Positions 41,223-52,194 of a stretch of DNA of 64,000 nt are shown one piece after another; within the stretch, counting starts at the first letter, position 1; each line of letters opens with the position of its first letter. Source of the stretch: Bdellovibrionales bacterium (GTDB lineage: Bacteria > Bdellovibrionota > Bdellovibrionia > Bdellovibrionales > UBA1609); contig CBDBIB010000003.1 in NCBI GenBank assembly GCA_965205945.1, positions 576,394 through 640,393 on the forward strand, written 5' to 3'. The notes beneath the pieces were generated by a model, which was given only the letters and a program-made list of their open reading frames with translations, was not told where the DNA came from and ran no database searches. The position numbers were made by a program, and so were the translations under genes.

Positions 41223-43592
41223 TTAAAATATAGCTAAAGTAGCTCCATCGTTTAACTCTGCTTTCCAGGTTTTAACAAGAGGGTGACGAGATAAAAAGCT
41301 TCGAATATTTTTCTTTATTGTTTCAGTACCATGGCCGTGAATCACTTTTAAGCCATCAGACTCTAAACGAAGAGATTTATCAATAGAGCTTTCAAGCTCT
41401 TCAAGAGCTGTTTCAATGTCCATACCCCTTAGATCAACTTGGTTTTGAATTATACTTTTAAGTACATTTTTAGTAAATGGGGATCTTTTCATAAGCTTAG
41501 AGCCTTGTGTAGATGGGCTTACTGATCTAGCATCAGACCACTTAATAAGAAGTCTCATTGAACCACTCATGACAGGGACAAAGCCTTTAGAATTTGGAGT
41601 GCCTTGAATAATCCCCTTTTTTTTTAAGGAAGGGATGTAGACAGGGGTTCCCGGTGGAAATTTTAAAGAAAAATTTTTTTCAGTAATGTTTATAGTAGAG
41701 GGAGCAGAGAGTGTTTTTATAAGTGTTGGGGCTTTATCTTTCATTTTATCTAAGTGGGCTTTATTTTTAATAAAATTTTGTATATTTAAATAGGCTGAAT
41801 TTTTATTTAGATTATCTTGAGCACGTTTAATGCTCATTTCAAGAAGACTGTCTTGTTCTTGTCTGAATTCTTTTATCATTCCCTGGTACTCAGATTTAAG
41901 TTGATCAAGCTCCTTTTGTTTCTCTTTATAAGCCTTTCTTTGAGTTTTTAAACTTTCTTGTAAAAATTCAACCTCTATAAGACCTGAATATTTTTTCTTT
42001 TGATCGGGATTGAGAAAAAAAAGAGCCCGGTTAATAATATTAGGGCTTACTCCAACTTTTTTAGCCGTTTTTAAAGTTAAAGAATCTCCAGGAACACCTT
42101 TAATAAATTCGTAAGTAGGGGTTCCTTTTTTTTGATCAAAATACATAGAGCCATTTACAACCCCTGAATCTTTGGACCATCCGGATTTAAGTGGGCCTAA
42201 ATGTGATGTGATAAAACCCTTAACATTATTCTCTGATATTTTTTCAATAAAAGCCCTTGATAAAGCTGAACCTTCTCCGGCCTCCGTGGAGCCACAGATT
42301 TCATCAATAAGAATAAGGTTTTTAGGGCCTTTAAGGTTTGAACAAGCATCAAGAGCTTTTAAATGAGCAGCAAAAGTTGAAAGAGATTCTTCAACAGATT
42401 GGTGATCCCCAATGAGAACTTTAATAGTTTGAAAAAAAGGGACTACGCTGGATTCATGGGCACAGACAGGAAGGCCGCATCTTGCCATATGACAAGCAAG
42501 ACCAACACATTTAAGAAAGACTGTTTTTCCTCCAGCATTGGGTCCAGATAACAAAAGAATATTTTCTTTCTCAGAGAGTTCAAAATTATTTTTAGTTAAT
42601 TTTATTTTCTCATCAATTAGAAGAGGGTGAAAATTTTCTTTTAAACTTATAAAATGATTTTTATTAATAGTTATGCGGCTTGCACAATATTGGATAGACC
42701 AATCGGCGCAAGCAGATAAGGCATCAATTTCAATTGCAGCAAGGTAGGATTTATGGATTCGAGCATATTTAAGATGTAAAAAATCAGAAATTTCTTTTAA
42801 AAGGCGGTCAATCTCTTTTTTTATAATATTTTCAAGCTCACGAATACTGTTATTTAATCCAATAACTGCTTCAGGTTCTATATATACAGTTTGCTTAGAG
42901 TTACTAGAGTCATGAACGATTCCTTTAAAATCGTGTTGTTTTCCACTTATTATAGGTAAAACCCATCGACCTTCACGAGTTGTAACATATCGATCCTGTA
43001 AAATATGTTCTAAAGAAAAATCTTTTACAAGTTGATCTAAGGCCTTGTGAATTCTTTGAGAGAGAGATTTTTTTTTATTAAAGCTTTCAAAAAGTAAATG
43101 ACTAGCGTTGGATCTAAAAGCTCCATTTTCAGTGATAAGGGAAGAGATTTTTTCTAAAAATAAATCAGAATTAAGAACTCTGTCTATAAGTGAAGAAATT
43201 TTTTCAAACTCTGTCCAAGGGTAGATCGTATTTAAAGCTTTTAAATCTTCAAAAAAAAGTCTCATAGAGTTTAAATCTTGAGAGGTTAAAGATTGTCCTT
43301 TTTTAATGGAGTAAAGAATAGACTCAATGCCTTCAATACCATCAAGGTGAATTCTGTTAATATTGCTTAAAAGGATTTGTTTAAAGGAATCAATCATATC
43401 CATATTTTTTTGAGCTATAGAAATATGTTGGTAAGGTTTTATTTGAAGAAGCTTATCTTTTGCTTGAGAACAGCTTGTAAAACTTGCTATTTTTTCAAGA
43501 ACAATCTGCCAATCAAGGTCGGTTTGTTCTATTTTTGTATTTTGAAGTGACTGTTTCAAATTTATCTTTCCCACTAGGCTTTTTATACACAA
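41223..43592 (-). CDS. mutS2: Endonuclease MutS2 (start may be slightly downstream)
   Basis: GIVHDSS.S.QTVYIEP, SGPNAGGKT, LSTFAAH, DEICGST and C-terminal Smr domain DLRG..IHGHGT. Confidence 0.95.
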   Translation of the reverse strand: MCIKSLVGKINLKQSLQNTKIEQTDLDWQIVLEKIASFTSCSQAKDKLLQIKPYQHISIAQKNMDMIDSFKQILLSNINRIHLDGIEGIESILYSIKKGQSLTSQDLNSMRLFFEDLKALNTIYPWTEFEKISSLIDRVLNSDLFLEKISSLITENGAFRSNASHLLFESFNKKKSLSQRIHKALDQLVKDFSLEHILQDRYVTTREGRWVLPIISGKQHDFKGIVHDSSNSKQTVYIEPEAVIGLNNSIRELENIIKKEIDRLLKEISDFLHLKYARIHKSYLAAIEIDALSACADWSIQYCASRITINKNHFISLKENFHPLLIDEKIKLTKNNFELSEKENILLLSGPNAGGKTVFLKCVGLACHMARCGLPVCAHESSVVPFFQTIKVLIGDHQSVEESLSTFAAHLKALDACSNLKGPKNLILIDEICGSTEAGEGSALSRAFIEKISENNVKGFITSHLGPLKSGWSKDSGVVNGSMYFDQKKGTPTYEFIKGVPGDSLTLKTAKKVGVSPNIINRALFFLNPDQKKKYSGLIEVEFLQESLKTQRKAYKEKQKELDQLKSEYQGMIKEFRQEQDSLLEMSIKRAQDNLNKNSAYLNIQNFIKNKAHLDKMKDKAPTLIKTLSAPSTINITEKNFSLKFPPGTPVYIPSLKKKGIIQGTPNSKGFVPVMSGSMRLLIKWSDARSVSPSTQGSKLMKRSPFTKNVLKSIIQNQVDLRGMDIETALEELESSIDKSLRLESDGLKVIHGHGTETIKKNIRSFLSRHPLVKTWKAELNDGATLAIF

Positions 43593-45102
43593 GTGAGATA
43601 ATAAACAGAATTATAATAAGGGGCAAAGGAATCGCATAGCCCCATCTTTGGTAAATGGTTTTCTGTGGCTTAGAGGAGTAGGGGATTTCATAAAAGCCTC
43701 CCCATTGAGCATAAAGAGGTGACTCTTCTAAAAATGTTCCATTAGAAAGAATAACAGTTGAAATTCCTGTATTTGTAGATCTAATTAGTGGCTGACGGTT
43801 TTCAATAACTCTAAAGGCACTTGAATACATGTGTTGCCAAGGTTGAGAATACGGACCATACCAAGAGTCATTTGTCAGATTTACCATGATCTGAGAACCT
43901 TTTTCTACAAGCTTACGACTAAACCAGGGGTATAAGCCCTCATAACATATTTGTATACCAATGTTAGCTTCATCAAAGCTTCGAACCTGAGGAGACTCTC
44001 CTCTTTGGAAATCACCAACCATAGGAAACCATTTTCTTAAAAAAGGAAATATTTCTTCAAAAGGCATATATTCACCAAAAGCTAAAAGAATTTTTTTGTA
44101 CACAGGAGCAGAGGGTGAGGAGCCTGTTTTATTTAAAAATAAGACGGCGTTAGCAGTTTTTTTATTAGGAGTCTGTGCAAAAACTCCTGTAATAAGGTTA
44201 GTATTGTTTTTTCTAATAAACTCCATAAGCTTTTTAGTGTTAGGGGTTTGAAAGAATCTTTGATCATAGTATTCTGGAAATGCAGTTTCAGGCCAAATGA
44301 TTAAGTCAGCCTTCTTTTTTGATTTATTAAGTCCTAGCTGTGTGACCCTAAAGTATTCATTAACAATTTTTGATTTGTAATTATACTGGTTTTGCATGAA
44401 TTGATCTTGAATATTTCCGATATTGGCTTGGCCTATGACTACGTTGTAGGTTGAGTCAGTTTTTGGAAGGCTTTTAACGTATAGACTTCCTGTAAAATTA
44501 AAAAAGAGAAGAAAGCAGATACCTGCTGTCATAGGAAGTTTTGTTGTCTTTAGTTTTAAAAAGCTAAACAGAAAAAGAGCATTTAAGAAGATAGTGAGCC
44601 CACTTATTCCGTCTGAACCAATAATATCTGCAAATTGATATCCTTCAAGGCCCCCATAAAGCCACCCTAGACTAAAGTTCCAGGGAAATAGAAGCGGGAA
44701 TACCGACCATGAAAGAGCAAAAATAGCTGCTGCTGAAAGTAGTTTTTGGCTTGCAAATGGGCGAATCCATTTGGCAAAAATAAACCCTATAAAAGAGATG
44801 TGAATATGGCAAAAAACTGTAAAAAGTAAACATATTAAAATGCTTAAAGGCCATGAAAGGCGGGCAAATTTTTGAATTAGATAAGCTATCCAATAAAAGC
44901 CAATTATGGATCCAATAAAAAAGCTTAAAGTAGTGTAGAGAAAAACTTTTTTAGGACATTCTTTAATCCAAATATAAAAAAGAGGAGCTAAACAAAAAAA
45001 CAAGGCCCATGGAGGGAAAGGAATTATGCTTGTGCCTAGAAAAAATCCTGTTAAAATTGAAAGAGTAAGTGATGAATTAAATTTTATATGTTTTTTTATC
45101 AT
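43513..45102 (-). CDS. lnt: Apolipoprotein N-acyltransferase
   Basis: Multi-TM N-terminus; WPETA, K..LLAFGEY, ICYEG, TNDSW and RSTNTG. Confidence 0.95.
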   Translation of the reverse strand: MIKKHIKFNSSLTLSILTGFFLGTSIIPFPPWALFFCLAPLFYIWIKECPKKVFLYTTLSFFIGSIIGFYWIAYLIQKFARLSWPLSILICLLFTVFCHIHISFIGFIFAKWIRPFASQKLLSAAAIFALSWSVFPLLFPWNFSLGWLYGGLEGYQFADIIGSDGISGLTIFLNALFLFSFLKLKTTKLPMTAGICFLLFFNFTGSLYVKSLPKTDSTYNVVIGQANIGNIQDQFMQNQYNYKSKIVNEYFRVTQLGLNKSKKKADLIIWPETAFPEYYDQRFFQTPNTKKLMEFIRKNNTNLITGVFAQTPNKKTANAVLFLNKTGSSPSAPVYKKILLAFGEYMPFEEIFPFLRKWFPMVGDFQRGESPQVRSFDEANIGIQICYEGLYPWFSRKLVEKGSQIMVNLTNDSWYGPYSQPWQHMYSSAFRVIENRQPLIRSTNTGISTVILSNGTFLEESPLYAQWGGFYEIPYSSKPQKTIYQRWGYAIPLPLIIILFIISLVYKKPSGKDKFETVTSKYKNRTNRP

Positions 45103-45140
45103 TCTAGATATAGTTTGACAGTTAAGTAAGAGAGGACCAA

Positions 45141-45893
45141 TTGAATAATGTAGATTCTTACATAAATAATGAAAATCATGATTTAAGTCGTATTTATTTT
45201 AAATGTCCTAACTGTTTAAAGTCTTATTCCTCAGATCCGGCAAAAATATATGTAGAAGAGCCTGAGTATACTTGTTTAAAGTGTCAAACAAAGTTTTTAA
45301 TTCCACTATTAGCAACCCTTCAGCAATCTGAAGTTATTGGAACTCCTTTAAAAACAGTTCAACTGCCTAAAGCGCTGAAGGTAGAGACTTTAGACACAAA
45401 ATCAGTATTAAATCAGCTTCAGCAAGAGTTTGATTTTAAAGCTCTAAAAAAAGGTAGCTTTAATGAGCTTGTGGAGAAGAATCTTGAAATAGATTTTGAA
45501 TTTGAATGGTCAAAGGTTTTAAAAGATTATAAGGATAGAGCTGTTCACCTTGATTTTATAGAGTATTGTAAAAAGAAAATGCATCTAGAATTTGCTATTG
45601 AAAAATATGCAAAACTTATAAGTGTAAATCCTCATGATTCATTAGCTAAAAGTTTTTTAAAGAAAATTGAATTTGATATAGAATCTAGAATGAATCTTGA
45701 GTCTGTTAAAAAATTTAAACTGTTTACAAGATCATTTTATACCACTTTAGGAATCATTTGCTTAGGTATTTTAATGATTCTTATGGGAACTTTATGGTTT
45801 CAAAATAAAAATATAACAGGCCTGGGATTAGGACTCATATTTTTTACGTTTGCTGTTAAGGCGTTTTTCCAACCTCGTCAATTAGGGGACTAG
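45141..45893 (+). CDS. Zinc-ribbon (MJ0042-like) membrane protein
   Basis: CPNC...CLKC near the N-terminus and two C-terminal TM helices. Confidence 0.7.
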   Translation: MNNVDSYINNENHDLSRIYFKCPNCLKSYSSDPAKIYVEEPEYTCLKCQTKFLIPLLATLQQSEVIGTPLKTVQLPKALKVETLDTKSVLNQLQQEFDFKALKKGSFNELVEKNLEIDFEFEWSKVLKDYKDRAVHLDFIEYCKKKMHLEFAIEKYAKLISVNPHDSLAKSFLKKIEFDIESRMNLESVKKFKLFTRSFYTTLGIICLGILMILMGTLWFQNKNITGLGLGLIFFTFAVKAFFQPRQLGD

Positions 45894-47325
45894 TGTTTTT
45901 TTTAGGATGAAGTGTGCTTTTAGAATTAAGCTGACGTTGAGTGGTTTTAATTTTATTTAAAAGGTTTGTTGAAAAATATATCATAGAGTTTTTATTGCCG
46001 CTAACCTCATTATTTTTATCATCGCTATAAGTGAATTTATCCCCAGAAAAAGATTCATTGGGCAGGTTAGAAATATTATTTGCTACAACTCCTGTAGCCC
46101 CTACGTTTTGATCTAAAATGCTTAAGGCTCTATATGAATTTAGCTTTCTATGGTATCGAGTTTTTCCCTTTAATGATTCAACAATATCTCCGGTGTTTTT
46201 TATGTACTTAGCTATTTGATTAGCGTCAAAATCTGGGTTGTGAGCCATTAATAATGCAGCAACACCACTTACAAAAGCTGTAGCCTGAGATGTTCCAGTC
46301 ATATATCCATACCTACTATGTGGTAGAGTAGAGTAGATGTTTTTTCCAGGTGCTGCAATATCAACAGTGATAACTCCATAGTTACTTGAAGGCAGAATAT
46401 TTTTTTTAGAATCTAAAGCTGTCACTGAGATGATATTATCCAACTTATAGTCGGCAGGATAATACTTATTTGTATCAGAATTTGATTTTTCGTTACCTGC
46501 AGCTGCAACAAATAAGATCCCTTTTTTTTGTGCTTTTGAAATAGCATTTTTTTCTTCTTTACTAAAATCAAGGCCTCCACCAGAGTAATTTATTATTTGT
46601 GCACCGTTTTCTATGGCATAGTGAATAGATTTAACAGTATTTTCTAAATTGTTTAAGCCTGGAGATTTTGGGTCATAGTATTTTAGAGTCATGATGCTTA
46701 CATTTGGGGATACTCCACTAATACCTTTTGCATTGCCTCCAACAGCTCCTAAAATACCTGAAATATGTGTTCCGTGTCCATGATTGTCAGTAAGATCATT
46801 GTTTTGTGAAGTAAAACTCCAGCCATGTATATCATCAATATAACCGTTTTTATCGTCATCAATACCATTTGTGCGTTTATCTTTGCCTTTGATGTCTTTT
46901 CCAATCTCACCTTTATTTATCCAGATATTTTTTTTAAGATCTTCATGGTTTTTATCAATTCCAGTATCAATTACTGCAACAATAATATTCTTACTGCCTT
47001 TTGTTAAATTCCAGGCTGCCTTTGATTCAGTGAGTTTTAGCCCCCATTTTTCAGACATATTAGGATCATTCATAATCACGGCGTTCTCATTTTTTTTCTT
47101 TTCTGCCGTTTGAGCATTGCTTAAAAGAGTGGAGCGTTTTATGTTTTGATTAATGGAGTTTAGAGATAAGATTTTAAAATTTTTATTTTCTTTTTGGTGA
47201 AGATTATCTTTTTTAAAGCTTTGTATGGATCTCCAATGTGGCTCTAGTCCTTGAATACTTAAAAAGCCAAGGCATAAAAAGCCAACCAAATATTTCTTAT
47301 AGTGGTTTAAAAATTTAACTAACAT
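45856..47325 (-). CDS. Secreted subtilisin-like serine protease (S8)
   Basis: Catalytic triad IDTG, HGTH, GTSQA and oxyanion AAAGN; RBS GGGGAAG before ATG 47325. Confidence 0.95.
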   Translation of the reverse strand: MLVKFLNHYKKYLVGFLCLGFLSIQGLEPHWRSIQSFKKDNLHQKENKNFKILSLNSINQNIKRSTLLSNAQTAEKKKNENAVIMNDPNMSEKWGLKLTESKAAWNLTKGSKNIIVAVIDTGIDKNHEDLKKNIWINKGEIGKDIKGKDKRTNGIDDDKNGYIDDIHGWSFTSQNNDLTDNHGHGTHISGILGAVGGNAKGISGVSPNVSIMTLKYYDPKSPGLNNLENTVKSIHYAIENGAQIINYSGGGLDFSKEEKNAISKAQKKGILFVAAAGNEKSNSDTNKYYPADYKLDNIISVTALDSKKNILPSSNYGVITVDIAAPGKNIYSTLPHSRYGYMTGTSQATAFVSGVAALLMAHNPDFDANQIAKYIKNTGDIVESLKGKTRYHRKLNSYRALSILDQNVGATGVVANNISNLPNESFSGDKFTYSDDKNNEVSGNKNSMIYFSTNLLNKIKTTQRQLNSKSTLHPKKNTSPLIDEVGKTP

Positions 47326-47347
47326 AGTATGATCTTCCCCCATATAC

Positions 47348-47374
47348 GTATCGGAAAAAAAGACAAAAGTCTTA
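47348..47374 (-). promoter_or_regulatory. Sigma-28 (FliA)-type promoter for the S8 protease
   Basis: Minus strand TAAG-N15-TCCGATAC versus consensus TAAA-N15-GCCGATAA. Confidence 0.55.
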
Positions 47375-47681
47375 GGACTTTAGTTTATTGTTTTAAATTA
47401 ATACGTTTATACTTTAAATTAAGGGCATTAAAATGTTTTGCCTACGTAAACGTTGTACTTAATTGTTTTGTTTTAAGACAAAGTTATCCCACAACTAAAA
47501 GCTAGAGACCTTTTTGATCTTTGACCGCTGCTGCCTTAGGTATTTTAAATCTTGTTAAAGAAATATAAGGTGACAATTTTAATATATTTAAGATATAGTG
47601 TTAGTTTTATTTTGAGTATTAAAGAAGGTTTTATGATAGAATTATTAGCAATGAGTTTTATGAAAATAAGAAAGCGAGAAG

Positions 47682-48749
47682 ATGTCTTTTTTTAGAAAAA
47701 ATAGTAATTCTAGGTATTTAAAAGAGCAGCGAAAAGATGTTGTTGCTTTTCATTATGTCTCTAAAAGTAAGGTTAAGGATGCATCTTATGTTTTTATCTG
47801 GGATCTTGATAAGACATATTTAGATACGCATTTTGAAAGTTTTAGTGGTCTTATGCGAGGAATTTTTGAAAAAGCATTTCAAAAAAGAAATGTCCCAGGT
47901 ACAGCAGAGTTAGTGAAGGCTCTTTCTAAGCAAATAAACCCATTGCCAATTTATTTTATTTCAGCTTCTCCCCCTCAAATGCAAGAAAAGATTAAAAGCA
48001 AACTTGATTTAGACGGTATTCAACCCTTTGGATTTTTATCAAAAGATAACTTAAAAAACCTACGCCCAGCTCTTTGGAAGCATTTGACTAATCATATAGG
48101 GTTTAAGATTCAAGCCTTAATGGAGATAAGACTTTTACTTTCAAAAGACTGTAAGATGATTTGTTGGGGCGATGACAGTGAAGCTGATGCAACTGTTTAT
48201 TCTTTATTTTCAGATATTTGCTCTTATAGGTTAACAGATAGGGAGATTAGATCGCTACTAATAGATTTTAGTATTTCTGTAGATCAAATTGATTTAATTA
48301 TTGAGCTTAGAGATGAAAAAAAAGATTTTGATCCTTTAAAAAGAGTCTATATTAATTTGGCTATTGATACTGATCCTGAGTATTATAGGAGATATGGTAG
48401 AAGGCTTATGGCTGTAGACAATACTTTTGAGGTTGTATTAGACCTATTTCAAAGAGGTTTTGTGAGTTTAGAGGGTGTTTTAGATGTAGTAAAGGCTTTA
48501 AAAGAAAACTATAACTTTAATAGGCATAACTTTGAACGTTCTTATGAGCTTTTATGTGTAAGAAAAAGAATGTCAAACCTTGCAGGAGATTTGATTAAAT
48601 CTGCGCTTAAAGATTTAGGGTTTATGCATGAAAACTACGAGCCTACAGTTGCACCTTTGAATTTAGATAAGATACCTCTTAAGAATGATTTTACTCAAAT
48701 TGTAAGGCCTTGGGTTTCTGAAAGAATTGACTATCTTTCAGGTTATTAA
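47682..48749 (+). CDS. HAD-like phosphatase (App1/DUF2183-like)
   Basis: WDLDKTY (DxD), YFISASP and WGDDSEAD. Confidence 0.7.
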   Translation: MSFFRKNSNSRYLKEQRKDVVAFHYVSKSKVKDASYVFIWDLDKTYLDTHFESFSGLMRGIFEKAFQKRNVPGTAELVKALSKQINPLPIYFISASPPQMQEKIKSKLDLDGIQPFGFLSKDNLKNLRPALWKHLTNHIGFKIQALMEIRLLLSKDCKMICWGDDSEADATVYSLFSDICSYRLTDREIRSLLIDFSISVDQIDLIIELRDEKKDFDPLKRVYINLAIDTDPEYYRRYGRRLMAVDNTFEVVLDLFQRGFVSLEGVLDVVKALKENYNFNRHNFERSYELLCVRKRMSNLAGDLIKSALKDLGFMHENYEPTVAPLNLDKIPLKNDFTQIVRPWVSERIDYLSGY

Positions 48750-48806
48750 ACTATAAGGTTAAGATAATTTTATATAAAAAGCCTTTAAGTTTTAATAATT
48801 TAAAGT

Positions 48807-49604
48807 TTATTCAAATTCAATAGGGTAAGTAACTAAAATAGAGCTGCCATCAAAGGGGAGTGTTTTAATACGTGTAAATACTTCTATGATGCAGTTCTTA
48901 AAAAGTTCATCTTTAAAAAAACTAGAATCTTTTATTCTAGAAGAGCTTACTTTGCCTGTGCGCTGTAGTGTAAACTCTACAACAAGTTTTCCTGTAGCCA
49001 TGGGATTTTTACGTAAATAGTTTTCGTAACATTTTTTAAGTAAAGATCTTTTATTTGCAATAAGTTCATCTAGTAAGGGTTTTTTATTTAAAATATTATT
49101 AGAAGTGTCTTTGGATTTTGCAGGGATATTAATATCGTGGTGAGTAGAGTCTTTTAGATCATTCTTGTTAAAGTAAGGTTTAATAATCCAGCCCTTGTAG
49201 GTTAAAATTAAATTTTGAAACTCATTTTTTGGACTTACTTCTTTAAACTCTGAAAAATTTATGAAAACCTTTTTTGTCTCAGGAGAGATAACTTGAAAGT
49301 TTACATCAGCAGGACCGAAGAGAGTGATTTCTTCATCAGATAGAATAAGGGTTATAACAGAATTTGGGGCTAGAATAAAGCGTTCTTTTGAATAAATTTT
49401 TTGTTTAATTATAACAGGCTTTCTTTTTGATTCTGTTAAGTATTTTTCAACACTACCAGTAGTTGAGACAACAGAACCAATTTCATATTGAATCTGTGGT
49501 TTGAGTAAAGAAGGATTAAGGCTTAAGAAAAGACTTAATCCTGCAATAGATAGGCAAATTAAACCGAGTGAAAAAAGGAAAAAGAAAAGTTTATTGATCT
49601 TCAC
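48807..49604 (-). CDS. AgmX/PglI (TonB-C-like) domain protein
   Basis: N-terminal TM; LKKCYENYLRKNP...GKLVVEFTL...GKV...CI.......F.......VTYPIEF. Confidence 0.8.
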   Translation of the reverse strand: MKINKLFFFLFSLGLICLSIAGLSLFLSLNPSLLKPQIQYEIGSVVSTTGSVEKYLTESKRKPVIIKQKIYSKERFILAPNSVITLILSDEEITLFGPADVNFQVISPETKKVFINFSEFKEVSPKNEFQNLILTYKGWIIKPYFNKNDLKDSTHHDINIPAKSKDTSNNILNKKPLLDELIANKRSLLKKCYENYLRKNPMATGKLVVEFTLQRTGKVSSSRIKDSSFFKDELFKNCIIEVFTRIKTLPFDGSSILVTYPIEFE

Positions 49605-49956
49605 CTTTAGACGCTTTTTTCTTTGTTTTTGTTTTAATGTTTTCTATAGCTTTATTTTTTGTTGTATCAGCTCCATCTAAAACAGGGGCAGAAATTTTGA
49701 CATCATCATCAACAGCGCTTGAATTGTTGTTTTTCATTAAACTATAGTTAATTCCTATTACACAAAATGCAAATAAAACGGCAATGACTCTGGTGGCTTT
49801 AACAATAAAACTCGTAGCACCTGTAGCACCAAAAAGACTTTTTCCACCGCCTCCACCAAAAAGTGCACCTCCACCACCCTTAGGGTCCTGTAAAAGAACT
49901 AGGCAAATAAGTGTTAAAGCAATAAAAACATAAAATATAATTAAAGCAGATGTCAT
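49591..49956 (-). CDS. secG: Preprotein translocase subunit SecG
   Basis: LVLLQDPKGGG...FGGGG..SLFG.TG and two TM helices. Confidence 0.92.
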   Translation of the reverse strand: MTSALIIFYVFIALTLICLVLLQDPKGGGGALFGGGGGKSLFGATGATSFIVKATRVIAVLFAFCVIGINYSLMKNNNSSAVDDDVKISAPVLDGADTTKNKAIENIKTKTKKKASKGEDQ

Positions 49957-50071
49957 AAGTTGTTCTCCAAAAAAGGAAAATGTACTCTAAAATCATTAAA
50001 AATGGCTACCTTTAGTTTGAACTAAAGCCGCTTAAGAGCAGCGTGTCATTTAAGAAAAATTGGAGCTATTC

Positions 50072-50704
50072 ATGTTTATTGTGTTTGAAGGTTTAGACGG
50101 CTCAGGAAAGTCTACTCTTATGAAAGCATTTAAAAAAAGCCTTTTAAGCAAGCAGATAAGGTTTGAGCAGGTCTTTGATCCTGGTGGCACTAGGATTGGT
50201 GATCAAATCAGAAAAATTTTATTATCAAAGGAAGAAAAGCTATTAGGCGAAACAGAGCTATTACTTTATCAGGCTTCGAGAGCAGAACTTGTAGCTAAAA
50301 AGATTAAACCAGCTTTAAAAGAGGGAAAGTGGGTGATTTCTGATAGATTTTATCAAAGCACGCTAGCATTCCAAGGTTATGGAAGAGGGCTTAGTTTATC
50401 TAATATAGATTGGCTAAATAGCTTTGCTACAAAAAGTTTAGTTCCAAATGTTGTAATCTGGGTAGATACTCCTGTTGATATTTGTCAACACAGGCTTCAA
50501 AAAAGAAAATCTGAAGGTAAGGTTTTAGATAGGCTTGAAGAAGAAAAACTAAGCTTTCATAATAAAGTCTATGAGGGTTATAAGAGTATTTTAAAAGCAG
50601 ATCAAAAATCTTATTGGATTGTTTTAAATGGAGGGCAAAGTTTTAAAGAACTTATAAGGGAATTAGATAAAAAGTTTTTAGACTTTCAGAGGCAAAATGA
50701 TTAG
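50072..50704 (+). CDS. tmk: Thymidylate kinase
   Basis: FEGLDGSGKST and SDRF..STLAFQG. Confidence 0.96.
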   Translation: MFIVFEGLDGSGKSTLMKAFKKSLLSKQIRFEQVFDPGGTRIGDQIRKILLSKEEKLLGETELLLYQASRAELVAKKIKPALKEGKWVISDRFYQSTLAFQGYGRGLSLSNIDWLNSFATKSLVPNVVIWVDTPVDICQHRLQKRKSEGKVLDRLEEEKLSFHNKVYEGYKSILKADQKSYWIVLNGGQSFKELIRELDKKFLDFQRQND

Positions 50705-51425
50705 TTCATCACTTGAGAAAAAACTCTCTATATTAAAAAAGACTAAAAAAATTCCAAATGTTTTTTTAATTACAGGGCTATATGATCAGGAAACAAAAGC
50801 AAAGATTTTAGTTGAAATAGCCTGTTATTTAGAAGGATCAACAGTTTCAGAGGCTAAGGGGAGTATTATTTTTTTAAACTCACAAGCTTTAAGTTCTATT
50901 AAAGTCGATGAGGTAAGAGATCTTTTAAAAAAAATATCACTTCGTAATTGGGATCCTTTATCAGGCCGATATGTTTTGGTGCCAAAATCAGAACTTTTAA
51001 CTACACAAAGTTCTAATGCCCTTTTAAAATCATTGGAAGAAACTCCTAAAGGAACTTGTTTTATTTTAGGTGCTCCCTCTAAAAGAAGTGTTTTAAAAAC
51101 TGTGTTATCAAGAAGTTTTGTAATAAATGAAGAGGTAGACTATTTGACTTTAAAAGAAAAACTAAATGTATTTGAAGAGGCTTTTTTTACTAAAGATCTT
51201 AACCCTTTTTTAAAATTATCGAAAAAAGATATTCAAGGAGAATGGCAGGAGTTTTTTTTAAAAGTTAAAGAAAACTTTATAAACAAAGCATACTCTGGAG
51301 AGTTAGATAAAAATGAATGGCATAGGCTTTTTGATTTTATAGATGATTTAGATGAAAAAATTAAAGCAAATATGGATGTAAAATGGTTGGCTTCATCAAT
51401 TCAAAGGTTTGGATTTAATGACTGA
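50697..51425 (+). CDS. holB: DNA polymerase III delta-prime subunit (divergent)
   Basis: IKVDEVR, SNALLKSLEE.P and TVLSR; tmk-holB-tatD synteny. Confidence 0.85.
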   Translation: MISSSLEKKLSILKKTKKIPNVFLITGLYDQETKAKILVEIACYLEGSTVSEAKGSIIFLNSQALSSIKVDEVRDLLKKISLRNWDPLSGRYVLVPKSELLTTQSSNALLKSLEETPKGTCFILGAPSKRSVLKTVLSRSFVINEEVDYLTLKEKLNVFEEAFFTKDLNPFLKLSKKDIQGEWQEFFLKVKENFINKAYSGELDKNEWHRLFDFIDDLDEKIKANMDVKWLASSIQRFGFND

Positions 51426-52194
51426 TTTTTGGACTGATTCACATGTACATTTAAATATGCTTAAAGAAAGAACTCCTTTCCAAGCTATAGAACTAGCTAA
51501 ACAAGAAGGAATTCATAGATTTATTAATATTGGAACCAACTCTAAAGATCACCCAATTGTATTAGACTTAGCTAAAAAACATGATGAGGTTTATTGCACT
51601 TTAGGGGTACACCCCCATGATGCAAAAGACTTTATAAATGCTAAAAGCTTTATGCTTAAAAACTTAAATCATCCAAAAGTTCTAGCTATTGGGGAAATTG
51701 GTTTGGATTTTTACTATGATAATGCGCCAAGAGATTTGCAAATCAAAGTTTTTAAAGAGCAAATGGATATTGCTGAAAAGTTTAAGCTTCCTGTTCAAAT
51801 TCATACAAGGCATGCTGAAGAAGAAACTATTCAGATTTTAAAAGATTATGAGGGCAGAGTACAGAGTCTTCTTCACTGCTTTTCAAGTTCTAGAAAACTT
51901 GCTCAAAAAGGTGTTGAATATGGCTGTCACTTTTCTTTAAGTGGGATCTTAACGTTTAATTCAGCCGGTTCTTTAAGGGAAAGTATTCAAAACGTAATTC
52001 CCTTAGATAGAATTCATATTGAAACAGATGCTCCTTTTTTAGCTCCTGTTCCTAAAAGAGGGAAGGAAAATCATTCAGCGTTTATGATTCATACAGCAAA
52101 GAAAATCGCACAGCTTAAAGGAGTAAGTTTAAAAGAGCTTAAAATTATAACTGCTAAGAATAGTTTAAAACTGTTTTATAAGCTTAAACATTAA
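51418..52194 (+). CDS. tatD: TatD-family deoxyribonuclease
   Basis: DSHVHL, GVHPH, GEIGLD, IHTR, HCF and ETDAPFL. Confidence 0.95.
   Translation: MTDFWTDSHVHLNMLKERTPFQAIELAKQEGIHRFINIGTNSKDHPIVLDLAKKHDEVYCTLGVHPHDAKDFINAKSFMLKNLNHPKVLAIGEIGLDFYYDNAPRDLQIKVFKEQMDIAEKFKLPVQIHTRHAEEETIQILKDYEGRVQSLLHCFSSSRKLAQKGVEYGCHFSLSGILTFNSAGSLRESIQNVIPLDRIHIETDAPFLAPVPKRGKENHSAFMIHTAKKIAQLKGVSLKELKIITAKNSLKLFYKLKH

Noticed and set aside
47484..47493. TTATCCCACA as a DnaA box or origin signal
   Set aside because: Imperfect and isolated, with no origin-type gene context.
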